Below are positions 50,071 to 62,049 of a stretch of 64,000 nt of DNA, in pieces. Within the stretch, counting starts at the first letter, position 1. Each line of letters begins with the position of its first letter. A model generated the notes under the pieces. It worked only from the letters and a program-made list of their open reading frames with translations. It ran no database searches and had not been told where the DNA came from. This stretch comes from Lineus longissimus. Its lineage: Eukaryota. The DNA is taken from assembly GCF_910592395.1 (NCBI RefSeq), contig NC_088308.1:186001-250000 (forward strand), in the 5' to 3' direction. A program made the position numbers and the translations under genes.

Positions 50071-51626
50071 AGAAATATGAGTAGCTTGCGTGGACTCAAC
50101 CTCTCGCCAAAGGCGGATTCACTACGCCAATAAACCCAATTGGCGCATAAACCGTAGTGTCACGCATAAACACTTATCCCGCCTTGGAGGAGAAATAAAC
50201 CCTGGAGAAAATCACCTCCAAGTGCAGAGCGAACGCTGAAGAAAAAGAAAAAATACACTCAGGAATTGTGTGGACTCTGATGCTGAATAATTCTCTTTAC
50301 AGGACACTAATAATTGCTTCTAAAGCCATAAAATGTATGTGGACATTGATCATAATGACACCCTATGGTTGTTATCTAACACTCATTTATCAATGAAAAT
50401 GAAGTAGTACAATTTATAATTCTATAGTCCGGCATATTCCAAGAATTTATTAGATTCCAACCCACTCAGGCGTGGGCGTCAAAACATGACCTTTCATTAA
50501 CATGTGACCAGGCACAAATTGCTCTGTTGGCAGGTTGAGACGGACTTGCTGTTCATTTACTGTTGCCTGCCTTTTGTGAAATTTGAGGTCATCTATTTCT
50601 TCCATCATCTTCTGCTGGTGTCATTTAGGCTCATCTTCTGTGCACCATGCACCTCGTTTCACAGAACAGGTGGGCATACATTACATGTTCACTGACTGGT
50701 ACTCTGGTGACATGATGAATGTGATCGGATATCATCGTTATGTAATGCATTAATTGCATCATAAAGGGACTAATTCTCCAAAACAAACAATATCAGTTGA
50801 CACAATAATAAATGATTCAATGAACTGATACCACATTCCCATGTAGAACTTAAAGACTTAGAATTTGGAGCTTCACCATGACAGGTTTGACAAACACAAA
50901 CCTCATGTACAATAGCCACTCAGACCGTTTGTTCAGGTGAAAGGCACAGCTAGCCAACACCCAAACAAACTTTGTCGCTATTGTCAACCTGGCTAACACC
51001 CTCCGATGAGATTCCACTAGGGGATAGGATACTGTTTTACGTCATTATGCTGTTATTTCCAGTGAAATGGGGTGGAATAATGACATGAATGTATGGGTGT
51101 CAGTTATTATGTCAGTGGACAAGTACCAGTGGTGCCAGAAATAGCCCTGTGCCTCAACTGGTCTCTGAGCTCTCTAGTCTCTCCCTCTCTCTGGGGCCCA
51201 GACTCTGGCGTCGCGACCCAACGTCACGTAATACCTGTACGGTATCTAACTGGTATTACCAATACCAAGTCCATTATACCTACAGACCTTTCTTCCCTTT
51301 TACATCAGCTCCAAGGTACATACACAATACATGTAAACAATGCAGATGACAAATGTACATAACATGATGCACAGGCTGACATGGCTGAAGTCAGTGATGA
51401 CAAGAAAACAAAAACCTGACACAATGCCCGTCCAAACAATGACTGCCATAGCAAAATCAGTACATTAGATTAAGAAATGCAGCACACGATACGATGAAAA
51501 AATAATTCATCATTCTACACACTCACCAACTTCGACCTTATCCCCTCCAGAAAGGTGACATTTGAGTCCCTTTTCTTCGGGATAATCCCAAAATCTGCAT
51601 CATGCAGACCAGATATGCAAATGAGG

Positions 51627-51702
51627 GATATCCGGTCGTTTCGCTCGGTGACGTTTTCGCCCCCAGTCGTTTCGCTCCAAATCGAAGTTGTTTCGCTCCC
51701 TG
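51627..51702. repeat. CpG-rich GTTTCGC-iterated repeat, probable transposon subterminal remnant
   Basis: GGATATCCGGTCGTTTCGCTC..GTTTTCGCCC..GTCGTTTCGCTCC..GTTGTTTCGCTCC; four TTCGC iterations. Confidence 0.5.
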
Positions 51703-51879
51703 GGACTTTTTGTTGGGATTGAGGGGTGGGGTTGGGCTGGGGTGGGGTGGGATATTACTCAAAGAGGCATTAGAAACCTTATACGAAATCAGCGCCTCTA
51801 GTGTCAAGATTGTAACCAGAGCCCAAAAAAAAAATTTCCACGCAAAGTTACACTCTGGCAACTTTGAATCGATTCTTGG

Positions 51880-51952
<73 letters not shown>
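51880..51952. repeat. (ATC)24 microsatellite
   Basis: Perfect trinucleotide run. Confidence 0.98.
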
Positions 51953-51954
<2 letters not shown>

Positions 51955-52094
51955 GCATACAACACATATGATAGAATTCCCATGTATGTCTTTTGCGTCA
52001 TATCATTTTCAACACAATAGAATTACAGGGCATTACAATGGTATCCTTTATAGAATCATGAAGACCTATCATCACCAGCTGAGGAGAGTGACGC

Positions 52095-52207
52095 CCAGGC
52101 CGAATCAGTCCTGGCTGCTCCACCGTGTTGACAACATGATGAGAGTGATGAGACAGTCACAGCCAGGCCGCATCAATCTTCGCCGCACTGCCTAGTTGTT
52201 AATATGG
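52095..52207 (-). repeat. Inverted 113-bp copy of the 68-bp satellite
   Basis: Exact reverse complement of 53295-53407. Confidence 0.93.
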
Positions 52208-52220
52208 TGTAGGGGGCCTA

Positions 52221-52447
52221 CCCTAAGGATAAAATAATGTGTCTCAATATCACCATGGCAATCTGACAGCACTTCACCATAGTGAATTGGGACGGTGAAA
52301 TATTTTACCATGGTGAGCATGGTAAATTCTACATTCATGGTGAGCATGGTAAACTTTGAATTCACCATGGTGAACGCTGCATTCACCATGGTGAGCATGG
52401 TCAACTCCGATTTTACCATGGTGAATCTGAGATTTTTTTCTTAAGGG
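52221..52447. mobile_element. MITE with iterated CACCATGGTG palindromes
   Basis: Imperfect TIRs CCCTAAGGATAAAA..TCTCAATATCACCATGG and CCATGGTGAATCTGAGATTTTTTTCTTAAGGG. Interior built of repeated ACCATGGTGAGCATGGT motifs. Confidence 0.65.
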
Positions 52448-52739
52448 TCATCTCCATCCAAACCAATTCACCGACTTAACGTTGCCCTCTTTTAAGGCAA
52501 CAAAATAATGAAAACAGATGCAAAGACAGGAGACTAAAGACGGAATACAATGTACAGAACGCAGCCTTGTTATTCATGAAACATAGACTCTTGTCGACAA
52601 CAAACAGTCAACAGAATTTTGGCAGGATTTTTCAAAATAACAATGATGTGAAGTGAAAAATATAGTTAATTTATTCTAAGATATGCATGCATGCATGCCA
52701 TGGTGACCAATATTGAGGATCACCGATTGTTGATGTCTG

Positions 52740-53062
52740 GGGCATGACCTATCCTCCCATTGCATGCCCCTACATCCTCTATATAATGGTACCGGTACTG
52801 TTTACATCAGTCAAGGAGACACATATTGATGGATACCATCGGTATGTGGTCTTGAGAAGCCGGTTCCAATGACCACTCGTACTCTGGAAAGAAGCTGAGA
52901 TTGCTCTGGGACTCGCTAGTCCCCACGGGCCCGGCTATAAAACACCGGCACCCCGACATGCTCGTCTTCTATGAGAAGGAAAAGGAGGTCCTAACTATCG
53001 AGATAGCTGTCAGCTCCAATAGACACGTCCTAGCACGTGCGGAGGAGAAACGATCGAAGTAC
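52740..53062 (+). mobile_element. Remnant of a non-LTR retrotransposon restriction-like endonuclease (RLE) domain (R2/R4/NeSL/CRE supergroup)
   Basis: Translates to KLRLLWDSLVPTGPAIKHRHPDMLVFYEKEKEVLTIEIAVSSNRHVLARAEEKRSKY, matching the RLE pattern W-D...(R/H)PD...I-E-I-A-V...K..KY. Truncated, with no RT domain. Confidence 0.75.
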
Positions 53063-53065
53063 TGT

Positions 53066-55028
53066 GGCTGTGACTATCTCATCTCTCTCATCATGTTGTC
53101 AACACGGTGGAGCAGCCAGGACTGATTCGGCCTGGCTGTGACTGCCTCATCTCTCTCACCATATAGACAACTTGGCAGAGCAGCCAAGACTGATTTGGCC
53201 TGGCTGTGATTGTCTCATCTCTCTCACCATGTAGACAACTTGGCAGAGCAGCCGAGACTGATTTGGCCTGGCTTTGATTGTCTCATCTCTCTCGCCATAT
53301 TAACAACTAGGCAGTGCGGCGAAGATTGATGCGGCCTGGCTGTGACTGTCTCATCACTCTCATCATGTTGTCAACACGGTGGAGCAGCCAGGACTGATTC
53401 GGCCTGGTTGTGACTTCCTCATCTCTCTCATCATGTTGTCAACACGGTGGAGCAGCCAGGACTGATTCGGCCTGGCTGTGACTTCCTCATCTCTCTCACC
53501 ATGTAGACAACTTGGCAGAGCAGCCGAGACTGATTTGGCCTGGCTGTGATTGTCTCATCTCTCTCGCCATATTAACAACTAGGCAGTGCGGCGAAGATTG
53601 ATGCGGCCTGGCTGTGACTGTCTCATCACTCTCATCATGTTGTCAACACGGTGGAGCAGCCAGAACTGATTCGGCCTGGCTCTGACTGTCTCATCTCTCT
53701 CGCCTTATTAACAACTAGGCAGTGCGGCGAAGATTGATGCGGCCTGGCTGTGACTGTCTCATCACTCTCATCATGTTGTCAACACGGTGGAGCAGCCAGG
53801 ACTGATTCGGCCTGGTTGTGACTTCCTCATCTCTCTCATCATGTTGTCAACACGGTGGAGCAGCCAGGACTGATTCGGCCTGGCTGTGACTTCCTCATCT
53901 CTCTCACCATGTAGACAACTTGGCAGAGCAGCCGAGACTGATTTGGCCTGGCTGTGATTGTCTCATCTCTCTCGCCATATTAGCAACTAGGCAGTGCGGC
54001 GAAGATTGATGCGGCCTGGCTGTGACTGTCTCATCACTCTCATCATGTTGTCAACACGGTGGAGCAGCCAGGACTGATTCGGCCTGGTTGTGACTTCCTC
54101 ATCTCTCTCATCATGTTGTCAACACGGTGGAGCAGCCAGGACTGATTCGGCCTGGTTGTGACTTCCTCATCTCTCTCATCATGTTGTCAACACGGTGGAG
54201 CAGCCAGGACTGATTCGGCCTGGCTGTGACTTCCTCATCTCTCTCATCATGTTGTCAACACGGTGGAGCAGCCAGGACTGATTCGGCCTGGCTGTGACTT
54301 CCTCATCTCTCTCATCATGTTGTCAACACGGTGGAGCAGCCAGGACTGATTCGGCCTGGCTGTGACTTCCTCATCTCTCTCGCCTTATTAACAACTAGGC
54401 AGTGCGGCGAAGATTGATGCGGCCTGGCTGTGACTGTCTCATCACTCTCATCATGTTGTCAACACGGTGAAGCAGCCAGGACTGATTCGGCCTGGTTGTG
54501 ACTTCCTCATCTCTCTCATCATGTTGTCAACACGGTGGAGCAGCCAGGACTGATTCGGCCTGGCTGTGACTTCCTCATCTCTCTCACCATGTAGACAACT
54601 TGGCAGAGCAGCCGAGACTGATTTGGCCTGGCTGTGATTGTCTCATCTCTCTCGCCATATTAACAACTAGGCAGTGCGGCGAAGATTGATGCGGCCTGGC
54701 TGTGACTGTCTCATCACTCTCATCATGTTGTCAACACGGTGGAGCAGCCAGAGCTGATTCGGCCTGGCTCTGACTGTCTCATCTCTCTCGCCTTATTAAC
54801 AACTAGGCAGTGCGGCGAAGATTGATGCGGCCTGGCTGTGACTGTCTCATCACTCGCATCATGTTGTCAACGCGATGGAGCAGCCAGGACTGATTCGGCC
54901 TGGCTGTGACTTCCTCATCTCTCTCACCATGTTGACAACTTGGCAGAGCAGCCAAGACTTTTTTTGCCTGGCTGTGACTGTCTCATCTCTCTCATCATGT
55001 TGTCAGCACGATGGAGGAGCCAGGACTG
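53066..55028. repeat. 68-bp satellite array, 29 units, three variant classes with higher-order organisation
   Basis: Period 68 (GGCTGTGAC/T at 53066, 53134, 53202...). Variants: A (TCATGTTGTCAACACGGTGGAGCAGCCAGG), B (CCATGTAGACAACTTGGCAGAGCAGCCGAG), C (CCATATTAACAACTAGGCAGTGCGGCGAAG). Confidence 0.97.
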
Positions 55029-55116
55029 TCAAACAGTTGTGTGAGCTCACTAGAGCTTGCACTTACATAATAGTGTAAAACTAAAATTTATATAATATAT
55101 ATATATGTATATAAAA

Positions 55117-55560
55117 CCGTCATCGGATGCGCATCCGATATGCCACGAGATCCTTCACCGTCAATTCCCTTACCGTCATCGGATGCGCATCCGATATGCC
55201 ACGAGATCCTTTACCGTCAATTTCCCTTACCGTCTTCGGATGCGCATCCGATATGCCACGAAATCCTTCACCGTCAATTTCTTTACCGTCATCGGATGCG
55301 CATCCGATATGCCACGAGATCCTTCACCGTCAATTCCCTTACCGTCTTCGGATGCGCATCCGATATGCCACGAGATCCTTTACCGTCATCGGATGCGCAT
55401 CCGATATGCCACGAGATCCTTCACCGTCAATTCCCTTACCGTCTTCGGATGCGCATCCGATATGCCACGAGATCCTTCACCGTCAATTCCTATACCGTCA
55501 TTGGATGCCACGAGATTTTTTGTTACCTCACCGTCAATTCCTATACCGTCATTGATGCCA
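55117..55560. repeat. ~56-bp CpG-rich tandem repeat with 7 perfect palindromes
   Basis: TCGGATGCGCATCCGA near 55122, 55178, 55235, 55291, 55347, 55388 and 55444; decayed units continue to ~55560. Confidence 0.96.
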
Positions 55561-55599
55561 CCAGCTTTGTTCGCGTTGTAAAGGTTTCGGGGATATGAC

Positions 55600-56800
55600 C
55601 AATGCATGCGAGCACCGTCGGCGGAACCCCAAACCGCCCTCTCGATCTATCCGTAAGGACAAGCCACTCTCGTGACCGTCACGTTTACGGACTCCGGACC
55701 TCCAGACTTTAGAGACCGAGCTTTTCTTTACCTTACAATTACTGTATACTCGGCGCCTCACTTATATGTGTTGTTTTTTTCACATACATTGTTCTCGTGG
55801 TTTACGGAAAAGTAGGCCTAAAATGTTATAGTGTCTAAAAACAATATTCAGTTAATGGAATTACACTTTTTTCCATTACTGCTTGCTTGATATTGCCCTA
55901 ACAACTTTTTCATGAATCAATTTTGAGCATTATGTTTACAACGTAGTTATTATAGCACGAAATATGAGTCTAAAATGCCAAATACTTGCAACTATTATGT
56001 TAATCACTGAAATCTTAGTGTACTTATTGCTCGCTATAAGCCAGGTTATTGCGCCCCTAAACCAACGCACTGACAACGCTACCTCCCCGGAACTCAAACT
56101 TTAACGTGAGTTAATTGTAATCTTACTCTCTATAGGCCTATACCAAAGTGATTTACCTAGGAATACAGTTGCACTTCACTGAAAACTAATGATGTGTTGA
56201 TGAGTTCAATGAATCCTTCGATTCCTTTGGTTTTCTTGGCGAACTGACGTCCGACAATCAATGACCCGTTGACGTGTACCTGCAATACGCCATTGCCGTA
56301 GTGTGTAAACAGATCTATTTTTGGACGAAACTCAGCCCCTCACAAACTTTGGTCCATTTCGCCAATGATGACACTGCTTCTAGACTGTACCATAGCACTT
56401 TAAGCTGTAGCAGCGCTAAGCAAGAGTCAAGACAAATGTCCGCTGCCAGCCGCTGCTGGACCAACCCCCTCGCCCGCCCCCCATCATGATATCAGATTCA
56501 GAGGCCTGGTTGAGCCCTGTGGTTTAGCCAAATTCAATATGATTCTTTTCTACTGTGATGTTAAGGCCCTTGTGTCATGCAGCATATTCCGTAGCACCGG
56601 TACACAACTTACGTTCAACCGCGACGTCCGCTGCAAGTGCAATTCAAATTGCATATGATATGACGCCAACGGAATTGTGACAACTTGTTTCTCATCTCCA
56701 ATCGTTGAGTGAAGAGTGACCAGCCCACCATCACCCAAGGAATTGATCGCATTCCCGATTCTCTCGGCTTTCTGGTCCTCAATTAAGACGTCCTAAGATC
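55600..56800. promoter_or_regulatory. Putative promoter zone between divergently oriented TET and lipase genes
   Basis: CpG-dense patches at 55600-55760 and 56240-56770. GC-box-like CCCGCCC (~56474), TGACGT sites (~56245, ~56270) and minus-strand donor-like sites at ~56279 and ~56612. Inference only. Confidence 0.35.
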
Positions 56801-58033
56801 AGGTTAAAGTATCTTAGGCGTTATATGTGGATACTATCATGTAAAAGTTAACGCACAAATTGGTTTAAAGAGCATTCATTATTTATCATACTCTAGTATT
56901 AGTAGTAATAACTTGTAATAAGATTGAAATTCAAAAGTACTAATGAATTGACACAAAAAATTTATTGGCAAATAATACATAAATATATTGTAATTTTTAT
57001 TCATTTTCACAAACATCAATGTTGCTAAAAACAGTTGTACGTAAGTGTGGGTTCTAAAACAATGATTGCTTCCTCTGATAACAACAACACATGATCCAAA
57101 ACTAGCCTACAAGGGCCTGTGGAGATCAATGTTTTAGTCACAAGCTTTGCTTTAACTTTCATTTTATGTTTGTTTAACAAGTAAAATTTAACCTAATCTG
57201 CATGACTGGCACATTGTTTACAAAATTTTTGATTTATTATTTATCCAGTTTCCGTTTTAGTGGAAGGAATAGGAGCAGGAGAAAATGCAGGATTGGATCC
57301 TGTATAGAGGGTGCTACAGTCAGCTGGTAGAATCTTTGCAAACACTTGCTCATGCAACATGGTTAGCCCTATGTACAGGAACTCACTAAACTACAATATT
57401 CAATCAATAATCCTTCTGGTGGTGTCCCCACCACTATTTGTGTTTGTGTTGATAACCTATCAGTCTTCCTGAAATGGTGTTGCCTGGCACTGTGCCAGTA
57501 GCCATCCCTGCACATTTTGTGCAAAACAAATAGTGAAGTCAGTGTCTCAGAGCAGGAGAGCTTATGGAGAGTTTAAGGAGATATCGCAAGGTTCTCCAAT
57601 AATTGACAGAGATTCCCCCTGACATTTCTCTTTGACATGTTTGACGTGTTTGACATGTCTGAGACAAGCTTCTGTCTGATTAGTCGGATGTTGTGCCTTG
57701 GACCATATTTTGGATGGAGACATAAACAATGATTCAATTAAAGATATAATACCAATTAGTTTTGTCTTACAAGTCCTATCATTACATAAATTACCTTTTT
57801 CACATACTTTGTAGGTTTCTCTACTAGACAGGGGTCCCCAGTCATGCGATACATCTTATCTCAAGTCTTTGATTTTGAAGTGCCTTCAAGAAGATATCAT
57901 GAACACAAGACACGTGATGACCCAAAAGATAATGTGAAAAGTCCAAAGTTTGTACATGACTTGAACTGTCTTCCTTGTTCCTTATTCAAGACTACAATCA
58001 AAGCAAGACTTTCTCCACATCCTAGTTCAGTCA

Positions 58034-61000
58034 ATGATCGGTGACGGCTTGAGAATGATGTTGAAATGGATGGTTGCTCTGGTGCTCATTGGAACGGTAG
58101 CACCATCTGCGCTGAAGTTCATGCCAAGTAGTGTTGAGGATATTCTGGACTATTTAAATCTTAATTCTGCTGATAGACTTGGAGTGAAGGAAGCCAGTGT
58201 GTCAAGAAGCATACCCAATATTGTAAGTGCAGTAGTCGTGATGTCTTCACTCTTTATACTTTATACATCTGAATCAGATTAATATTTTCAAAAACTGACA
58301 TGAAGCTCTTACCAGTATTATCAATTCTTTTTTCAAACTAACTGAACATTCTAAACATGCTGCTTGCCAGATTTTCTTATGGAGTTATTTCATCTCTTAC
58401 AGTCGGCGATCATTACTGGTTATGGCTACCCCATTGAAGAGTATGAGACCACCACCACCGATGGCTACATCTTAGCCATGCAGAGGATACCTCATGGCCG
58501 CCAGAAGACTGATGGTAGGTACACATTGTTAGAAAAAAAGGAGATTGTGTCCATATCTAGCTTGGGTTGTGATTTTATAACACTGTGCTGATGGGTTTAA
58601 GCCAGTTGTTGGATGTTTAACCTACACGTGCCTCGTACAGGCCCCTCAACTGGCATTAATACATGGACACAGTATCTCTGTTATCAGAATCGAGCACGTG
58701 CCAAATTGTTCTAAATCCTGAAGGACCGTCACACGCCAAGTTCTTCAAAATGGTAATTGACCCAGTTGACCAGTTTTGGATGTCATCATTTAAACTGTTG
58801 ATAAAATTGAATTACAAGTCATCAGCCCATAAGGATGACACTTCGTGTTCAGCAGAGTGGTACGCCTTGGAGTCAGGCCCTATCCCAGAATCTAAAAGTA
58901 GACTCCGACTTGGAGTCAGGCCCTATCCCAGAATCTAAAAGTAGACTCTGACTTGGAGTCAGGCCCTATCCCAGAATCTAAAAGTAGACTCCGACTTGGA
59001 GTCAGGCCCTATCCCAGAATCTAAAAGTAGACTCCGACTTGGAGTCAGGCCCTATCCCAGAATCTAAAAGTAGACTCCGACTTGGAGTCAGGCCCTATCC
59101 CAGAATCTAAAAGTAGACTCCGACTTGTCATGTTGTTAACTCTCAGTACCTCTTCCACTTTGAAAACTGGTACCAGGGTGTCCAAGCCTTAGAAGCCTTA
59201 GACGTCAACATGCCCAACAACAATTCAAGTAGTGTGCCAACTGTCTGATAATTGATTTCTTTCAGGGCCGAAGCCGGCGGTGCTAGTTGTTCATGGACTT
59301 CTCGGGTTAGCAACCGACTTTGTGAGTAATGCGCCCAATCAGAGTCTTGGTTTCATCTTGGCTGATAATGGTTACGATGTGTGGCTGGGGAACTGCCGTG
59401 GAAACACTTACTCGAGGCGACATGTCAAGTTGAAACCTGACCAAGAAGTATTCTGGGACTTCAGGTGAGGTTGTTGTCCGCTTTTGTTTGGGACGTGCTG
59501 TAAGTAGAACATTCTCACCGAAGTCACTTCTTGGACATCTCAGACAAGCTAGAGGACAAGGAACACGCTGTATGTCTCTGCCCTGATTGGAGCAGTACAA
59601 ATCTTCCTGTTCAGTTTTGGCTTAACTGTACATGTGAGGTCCCCAAGACACACACAAACCCTGATGGATTGAGTGAGGTCTTTGTATGGCAGAAAAAGAG
59701 TTGTCACCATTTGCTTGTGACATGCGGGATGGAAAACTGTGCAGACCAACAAATGAACTGTAGATAGGTTGGGATGAATTATAAGACATTTTCAGGTCAT
59801 TGCTGATAGGTTGACCTGTGATTATTCATGAGAGCGTCTTGTGCCTAAGAGCGCTATCCCTGTCCCACATGTTGTGAATGATCAGTGACCTTTCTGAATT
59901 TGTCGATTTACCAGTCATGCAAACATTATTATGTAGCCAGACATTTGTATTTCTTCCTCCAGTTTTGATGAAATGGCCCTGCAGGATCTGCCAGCTTTTG
60001 TCAATAAGGTCATAAGTGTCACAAACGAGTCCAAGATCTCATACGTGGGCTACTCCGAGGGGACCATGATGGGCTTCGCTGGCTTCAGTCAAAACCAGAC
60101 GTTAGCCAATCAGGTGAAGGCTTTCTATGCCATGGGACCTGTCACGACAATCAACCACATCACCAGCCCGTTGAAGATTCTGGCACCATTCGCTAATGAA
60201 TTGGGAGTAAGTACATATACTATGTTGATGTTCCCTCATTCATGCTTTCATTAAGCCAGCATAACCTTGATAGCAGATTGTCATACTCTTCAAGAGACAA
60301 CAATGGATTGTGAGGGTTGTTAGTGTTGTGGCAGGCCTAGCCGTAGTTTACATACCTTTTCCTCAGTCATATTTGCTTCCTGGAACCTGTTCAAAGCCAC
60401 TGATCATTCAGGTAAAGTGGTACAGTGCTTGTGACAGCTTACCGATTACCGCTGATGCAAAGACAGTGGACATGCACTTTTGTATTCACGTAGTGGTTTC
60501 TCTTCATACACACAACAGGGGAGACAGCCACTGGCCTACGAATGGTTCTGTTTCAGATCTTGTCATTGTCTCAAAGATTGTCTCTATGATTTAACAAGAC
60601 ATGTTCTCATAGCCTCTACCTTGCATGTTTCCAGTTCCTTTTTGAACTATTTGGCCGAGGTGAATTCTTGCCGAGGAACGCTCTCATGGACTGGATTGCC
60701 AAATATGCCTGTGATGGCTCTCTGCCGGAGGTTCTGTGTACTAACTTCCTGTTCATGATATGTGGCACAGACTTTGCAAACTTAAATGAGGTAACAATAG
60801 TTTGTCTCTATCAATACCAATAGTTCAAACTGTAATGTAGGTTATCATCTGCCTATCCTGAAACATTTATTAGTTCTGATATGAATTGCTCAATCAGTGG
60901 TACAACCTGAGCATTTCTGACCAGTACCCAACACCTGGGTGGGGAAAGGCTTCCACAAAGAGACCTGCCTAGAATCTTCGGGTGATTGTGGGGGTTGAAC

Positions 61001-62049
61001 CTGGGACCTCTAGTCAAGACTCTAAGCCACTAGAATAGGTTTGGCAGGGATCACATGTCATCATTGTCTATCTTGAGCATGAAAGGAAGGTATTTCTTAT
61101 TGTTTTTCAGACTCGAATTCCATTTTATCTGGACTACATCCCAGCCGGTACATCGTCCCGGAATATGATTCATTTTGCTCAGGTAAGCGACTAACACGGA
61201 ACTTAACTTCATGAAAATGGTCATCAGGCATTGTACGAAATTATTATTTTGCCTTTTGTGTTGTAATCGCATGTTGGGTTTCTCTACACATGCTCACTGC
61301 CAAGGTTGAAAATATGTACATCTGGTCTGATATCCTTCCTTGAAACATAACAGTTATAATTCACTTCCATACCTAGTCAATGTTAAACTGGGATTTCAAT
61401 AAAATCTTCAGCTGAGCTAGGTCAGAATCGACTCTAGTATAACTTCATTCTTTTCCAGCTGATCAACTCAAAGAAATTCCAAATGTATAATTATGGCTCC
61501 AAGTCAGAGAATGAGAAACATTATAAGCAGGTAGGTTGACAACACCAAACAAGAGTTGGGACCCTACAACACACAGGCGAGTGTGCTCATGGGATCTAAC
61601 TAAACATCAGAAAGGACTGGGTCAGTGGGTGTGGCTGTAGGATATCAATAGACTACTGTGGCTGCAGGATACAGTAAAATAGATCTTACATATTTTGGAT
61701 GGGGGAGTTATTGCATGCCATAATATCTTTCATATGATTGATGTGCTGGCATTTGGAACCTTTCTCTCTGTGTATATAAAGGGACTCATTACTTTTTCAG
61801 GACACTCCACCTGAGTACCACCCAGAGAATGTCAACATTCCAGTAGCGTTATTCTACGGAGACAAAGATAAGCTAGCAGATAAAGGAGATGTGGCAGAGC
61901 TCATCCCAAAACTCAAAAAACTCATAAAGGCTGTTGAAATACCGATATTCGAGCATTTAGACTTTATCTGGGCTATGAATGCTGTGGACCCAGTTTATAA
62001 ACCCATGTTGGACATGATGAAACAAATCGAGGAGAAGACAGAGAATTAA
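58034..62049 (+). CDS. LIPA: Acid lipase (lysosomal acid lipase/gastric triacylglycerol lipase family), 8 coding exons, ~430 aa, signal peptide
   Basis: Exons 58034-58222, 58403-58514, 59266-59464, 59963-60206, 60635-60790, 61111-61182, 61459-61530 and 61801-62049; GT-AG and phase-consistent (1293 nt). Motifs: GYPIEEYETTTTDGYIL..RIPHG, HGLL, SLGFILADNGYDVWLGNCRGNTYSRRH, FWDFSFDEMA..DLPA, GYSEG (Ser), PAGTS, DKLAD (Asp), EHLDFIW (His). Hydrophobic N-terminus; the start may be 58055/58058. AATAAA at 62116. Confidence 0.94.
58866..59126. repeat. 43-bp minisatellite x6 in lipase intron 2
   Basis: Unit CTTGGAGTCAGGCCCTATCCCAGAATCTAAAAGTAGACTCCGA; junctions form the hairpin GACTCC-GACTT-GGAGTC. 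Confidence 0.97.
60886..61033 (-). mobile_element. SINE remnant in lipase intron 5
   Basis: Reverse-oriented tRNA-like head (GGGGGTTGAACCTGGGACCTC..TAAGCCACTAG). CTCAATCAG.G.TACAACCTGAGCATTTCTG is shared with ~5703-5733. Confidence 0.5.

Noticed and set aside
51602..52195. 197-aa poly-Ser ORF and antisense poly-Met ORF
   Set aside because: Produced by the (ATC)24 microsatellite and flanking repeats; no domain or splice support.
52901..53125. Domesticated nuclease gene
   Set aside because: Short, truncated, TTG-started and running into satellite DNA; a dead retroelement fragment.
53066..55028. CRISPR-like look (constant ~30-bp part alternating with a variable part)
   Set aside because: The variable parts are only three mutually homologous classes that recur many times. 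There are no cas genes and the context is eukaryotic. It is a satellite.
55105..55607. Overlapping 140-160 aa ORFs in three frames
   Set aside because: Translations of the stop-poor 56-bp tandem repeat.
57844..58044. 66-aa ORF upstream of the lipase as a uORF or separate gene
   Set aside because: Depends on which acceptor (57814 or ~58025-58030) is used; no homology and no way to decide from sequence.
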